From assembly GCA_963823335.1 (NCBI GenBank), contig CAWGLD010000001.1, positions 768,001-832,000 of the forward strand: a stretch of DNA of 64,000 nucleotides. The letters are read 5' to 3'. The translations under genes were made by a program, and so were the position numbers. Of the stretch, positions 60,522 to 64,000 are shown in pieces; within the stretch, counting starts at the first letter, position 1, and the number at the start of each line of letters is the position of its first letter. This DNA is from an uncultured delta proteobacterium. GTDB lineage: Bacteria; Desulfobacterota; Desulfobacteria; Desulfobacterales; B30-G6. Under the pieces are notes generated by a model. That model was not told the DNA's origin. It saw nothing but the letters and a program-made list of their open reading frames with translations, and searched no databases.

Positions 60522-62501
60522 TTAATCAGGAATGATCTGGACGTAATCTCTCTTGAACACATCCCATTCTCCTGATTTTGGATCGAATTTGGAATTGACA
60601 AATGCGAACCAGTTTTCATCATCCTGGCCAGGATAATCCGCCTGATAATAGAACCCAGGATAACGGGTTTCTTTCCTGAACTGGATGTGGCGCAGGTGGG
60701 ACTCCACCGTCCAGATACGGTGATAGATTTCCCAGCAGCGCATAAGCTCATGAAGATCCCCGGCAGCCAGACTTTCACAGTCTTCACGCATCACCTGGAG
60801 CAATTCCATGATGACTTCGAGATTCTTGCTGGTGGTCAGGTAGTAGGTCGCCGTTCCACCACCATACTCGTGGGTGGCTTTCATGAGTCTCAAGGCCATC
60901 CCGGAAGGCTTGATATAAGCCGGGTTGACATCTTCCATGGTGGTGTACTTGTAGTTGTCCAGATAGGTTCTGACAGGTTTGTACACCAGATCGACCAGTT
61001 CCTGATTTGACTGTGCCAATGTCGGGCTAAAATCCGCATGGTCTTTTGCATACCTTACGCATTGCTTGACAGCCATACGACCTTCGGCATGGGAACCGGA
61101 AGAGAACTTGTGCCCTGATCCGCCAACACCATCACCGGAGGTAAAAAGACCGTTGACGGTGGTCATGCGGTTGTAAATTTTACCGTTGTCGGCCTTGATT
61201 TTATAAGAATCCGGTACCCAGTCATAATCCGGTCCCGATGTCCAGAGACCGCAGCAGCCTGAGTGGGATCCCAGCAGATAGGGTTCCGTCGGCATAACTT
61301 CGGAATTCTTCTTTTCCGGCTCGGTGTTTGTAGCACACCAGAGGTTGGCCTGACCACAGGTCATGTCAAGGAAGTCTTCCCAGGCTTCTGATTCGAGATG
61401 CCGGAGTTCCTTCTTGTCCATGGTTTTCCCAAGCTCCGCCAGAGCAGACACGGTATCCATGATAATGGGTCCGCGGCCTTCTTTCATTTCGAACAGCATC
61501 AGATGGTTCCGCAGACAGGTCGGTGTAATGGCAGCGGTTCCATAAGGCGCATATTTCTCGAGCTCTGCCTTGGCGGCATCACTTGCGGCAAAGTTTTCGC
61601 CAAGACCGTTCAGTGTTTTGGCTTTGAAAAGCAGGAACCAGGCGCCAACAGGGCCATATCCGTCTTTAAAACGAGCCGGGGTGAAACGGTTTTCCATCAT
61701 GGTTAGCTCGGCGCCGACTTTCATACACATGGTGTAGGTGGAGCCCGCATTCCAGACCGGATACCATGCACGGCCTTTGCCTTCGCCCACAGATCGCGGC
61801 TGATAGATATTGACCGCACCACCACAGGCAACCATCATGGTTTTACATTTAATAATATAAACTTTGTTCTCGCGAACGGAGAAACCTACTGCACCGGCGA
61901 TCTGATTTTCTTTGTTGGCGTCCAGCAGAAGCTCAACGATAAAGCAGCGCTCGAGGACGTTGTCATCACCAATGGCTTTTTTTGCGGCTTCAGCAACGAT
62001 CCGCTTGTAAGATTCACCATTGATCATGATCTGCCATTTTCCGGTACGAACAGGACTGGCACCGCCTTTCAGCGAACCCATTTTCAGGCCTTTTTTACCA
62101 TCCAGGTTTTTGCCTTCTTCTGTCTTCTTCCAGACCGGCAATCCCCATTCCTCAAACAAATGAACCGAGTCATCCACGTGACAACCCAGATCAAAGATCA
62201 GGTCTTCACGAACGATTCCCATAAGGTCGTTGCGGACCATGCGGACATAATCATCCGGTGAATTATCGCCAATATAGGTGTTGATGGCTGACAGGCCCTG
62301 TGCAACGGCGCCACTTCTCTCCATGGCTGCCTTGTCGCACAACAGTACGGTCTGATCGTCACCCAACCATTTTTTAACTTCGAATGCCGAGCCGCAAGCC
62401 GCCATACCACCACCGACGATCAAAACGTCGACTTCTCGCTCTTCAATTTCGGGATCTCTGATAGCCTTGAGCTCTCCCATTGGTTTGTTCGGTAATGCCA
62501 T
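60522..62501 (-). CDS. aprA: Adenylylsulfate reductase alpha subunit
   Basis: RSGAVAQGLSAINTY, WQIMINGESYK, GRAWYPVWNAGS, GHKFSSGSHAEG. Confidence 0.98.
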   Translation of the reverse strand: MALPNKPMGELKAIRDPEIEEREVDVLIVGGGMAACGSAFEVKKWLGDDQTVLLCDKAAMERSGAVAQGLSAINTYIGDNSPDDYVRMVRNDLMGIVREDLIFDLGCHVDDSVHLFEEWGLPVWKKTEEGKNLDGKKGLKMGSLKGGASPVRTGKWQIMINGESYKRIVAEAAKKAIGDDNVLERCFIVELLLDANKENQIAGAVGFSVRENKVYIIKCKTMMVACGGAVNIYQPRSVGEGKGRAWYPVWNAGSTYTMCMKVGAELTMMENRFTPARFKDGYGPVGAWFLLFKAKTLNGLGENFAASDAAKAELEKYAPYGTAAITPTCLRNHLMLFEMKEGRGPIIMDTVSALAELGKTMDKKELRHLESEAWEDFLDMTCGQANLWCATNTEPEKKNSEVMPTEPYLLGSHSGCCGLWTSGPDYDWVPDSYKIKADNGKIYNRMTTVNGLFTSGDGVGGSGHKFSSGSHAEGRMAVKQCVRYAKDHADFSPTLAQSNQELVDLVYKPVRTYLDNYKYTTMEDVNPAYIKPSGMALRLMKATHEYGGGTATYYLTTSKNLEVIMELLQVMREDCESLAAGDLHELMRCWEIYHRIWTVESHLRHIQFRKETRYPGFYYQADYPGQDDENWFAFVNSKFDPKSGEWDVFKRDYVQIIPD

Positions 62502-62567
62502 ATTGTATCCTCCTTAACTAAATTTTCCTATTTGATTGGTTACGAATGCGTTAACATCAAACAACGG

Positions 62568-63005
62568 TTAGACCGTCGCCTGGGGTGTCGGCATGACATA
62601 CCCGTCGGCTTCCTCAGTTGAAAGAAATTCACTTTCAATGTCCTTGCCTTTCAGACCAGAATATTCATTGGCAGCACCTTCCGGGGTTGTCCGGATGGGG
62701 AACTTGAAGCGCTTGATGGTTCCGTTTCTGAACTTGCATGTCCACATGACATCCTCGGTACCCAGCATCGGCATTACACTGCTTCCCAATGGCACGAAAT
62801 CGGAGTAACCCCTCACCTCAATTGCCTGGGTGGGGCAGATCTTCACACATGAAAAACATTCCCAGCACTGATCCGGCTCTTGATTGTAAGCCTTCATTTC
62901 ATTGGGCTCTAGAACCATAAGGTCATTGGGACAAATATACATACATGCGGTTTTGTCCCCGCCTTTACAGCCATCACATTTTTCGTTAATTACAAAACTT
63001 GGCAT
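62568..63005 (-). CDS. aprB: Adenylylsulfate reductase beta subunit
   Basis: CDGCKG...CMYICPNDLM, CWECFSCVKICP, FKFPIRTTPEG. Confidence 0.98.
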   Translation of the reverse strand: MPSFVINEKCDGCKGGDKTACMYICPNDLMVLEPNEMKAYNQEPDQCWECFSCVKICPTQAIEVRGYSDFVPLGSSVMPMLGTEDVMWTCKFRNGTIKRFKFPIRTTPEGAANEYSGLKGKDIESEFLSTEEADGYVMPTPQATV

Positions 63006-63670
63006 TTAATGCACCTCCTAAGTTAGCATTGTTAGTGCTCGTTGTTGAACTTTCCATACAATTGGTTCACGTCGACCTTGCTTTATTAATTGCACCTCCC
63101 TTCTGTCCCTTAAAGTTTCTTGGCTTGATAATTCAGATTCACTAATGACATCGCTGCTGCATCCAGCGATTGATATTCTTATAATCGATGTTATCTACGA
63201 CCACGGCAAACCTGGCTTGCCCCTGCGTTCTTACGAAATGACAATGACCCGCCACAGTTGATACAGCGCAGCCGGCATGCGTATTCCGCACCGGCGTCAT
63301 CTCATTTTCCATTAGTTTTTCAGCGGGTTATCGTTCGAAATATCTCTATAGATATCAACAAGATACCCACGACCAAGGTCAATTGCATATCATTCAGCCT
63401 TTTTCTTGTCAAGAACTTTCGGCCCAAGCGATTCCAAAGCGTCCAAATCCCCTGGGCCCTTTTTCCCATGTTCAATATATTGATTTATTTATTTGATTAT
63501 ACACCACATATTGTAGTAGTAACATGAAAGCCACAACACAGATCCACCCATTGCCGAATGACCCGTGATGGTTTCAGGTGTTCACGGTCCCAGAATTCTG
63601 AAACCCGTCAAAATATGATGGGCTTCATTTTGGGTTGACATCCGCCAGGACCCTCATTCAAAATAGGGAT

Positions 63671-64000
63671 ATGGAACCCGATATCAGACCACTCGCACCC
63701 GACGAAGCTTTCAGGTTCGCCTGTTCGCATTGCGTTGCCTGTTTCAACGAATGCTGCCGGGATCTGAACCAGTTTTTGACGCCATACGATATTCTGAGAC
63801 TGAAAAAACGCCTGGCAATGACATCAAACCGTTTTCTGGAAACACATACGACACAACACGTGGGTCCGGAAACCGGATTTCCAGTCGTGGCACTCAAACC
63901 CGTCCACACCGAATCGTTGCGGTGCCCCTTTGTGACAACATCCGGTTGCAGTGTGTACCTGGACCGCCCGTCTTCCTGCCGTATCTATCCCTTGGCGCGC
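63671..64000 (+). CDS. YkgJ/UPF0153-family cysteine cluster protein (runs off the window end)
   Basis: Manual translation MEPDIRPL...FRFAC...CFNECC...LTPYDILRL...CPF...GCSVYLDRPSSCRIYPL. Confidence 0.8.
   Translation, partial: MEPDIRPLAPDEAFRFACSHCVACFNECCRDLNQFLTPYDILRLKKRLAMTSNRFLETHTTQHVGPETGFPVVALKPVHTESLRCPFVTTSGCSVYLDRPSSCRIYPLAR

Overview
Chromosomal window from a sulfate-reducing Desulfobacterota (Desulfobacterales-like) bacterium; the taxon is inferred from sat, qmoABC, aprBA and gene style. Left to right it holds: an Fn3/PKD surface protein, tRNA-Val and housekeeping genes (pgsA, ispB-like, rimO, etfAB); a ~22 kb signalling island (GAF-like histidine kinase, HD protein, CHASE2-PP2C, FecR-TPR-beta-barrel, receiver, STAS/anti-sigma pair, two class III cyclases, cNMP-binding protein, MMPL-cNMP-GGDEF fusion) interrupted by a TIR-flanked HUH/Y1 transposase with an array of six truncated copies of its own 5' end; apbE; a periplasmic [NiFe]-hydrogenase operon with hyp genes; two tRNA-Ser genes and an integrase-less islet carrying an AbiE-like toxin-antitoxin pair; ADP-forming acyl-CoA synthetase; a MarR-DsrE2-TusA-DsrM/K-like-FadL-rhodanese/MBL cluster; and sat, qmoCBA, aprAB. 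The strongest candidate for novelty is the hydrogenase large subunit. It has an in-frame TGA at the second Cys of the N-terminal CxxC (RSCGV-TGA-TYTH), followed by a SECIS-like GGU-loop hairpin, while the canonical NiFeSe position (C-terminal DPC) is Cys. This suggests a group 1b-type enzyme with selenocysteine at a bridging ligand. Several single-base frameshifts elsewhere suggest indel errors in the assembly. All product calls come from motif recognition by eye; no database searches were run.
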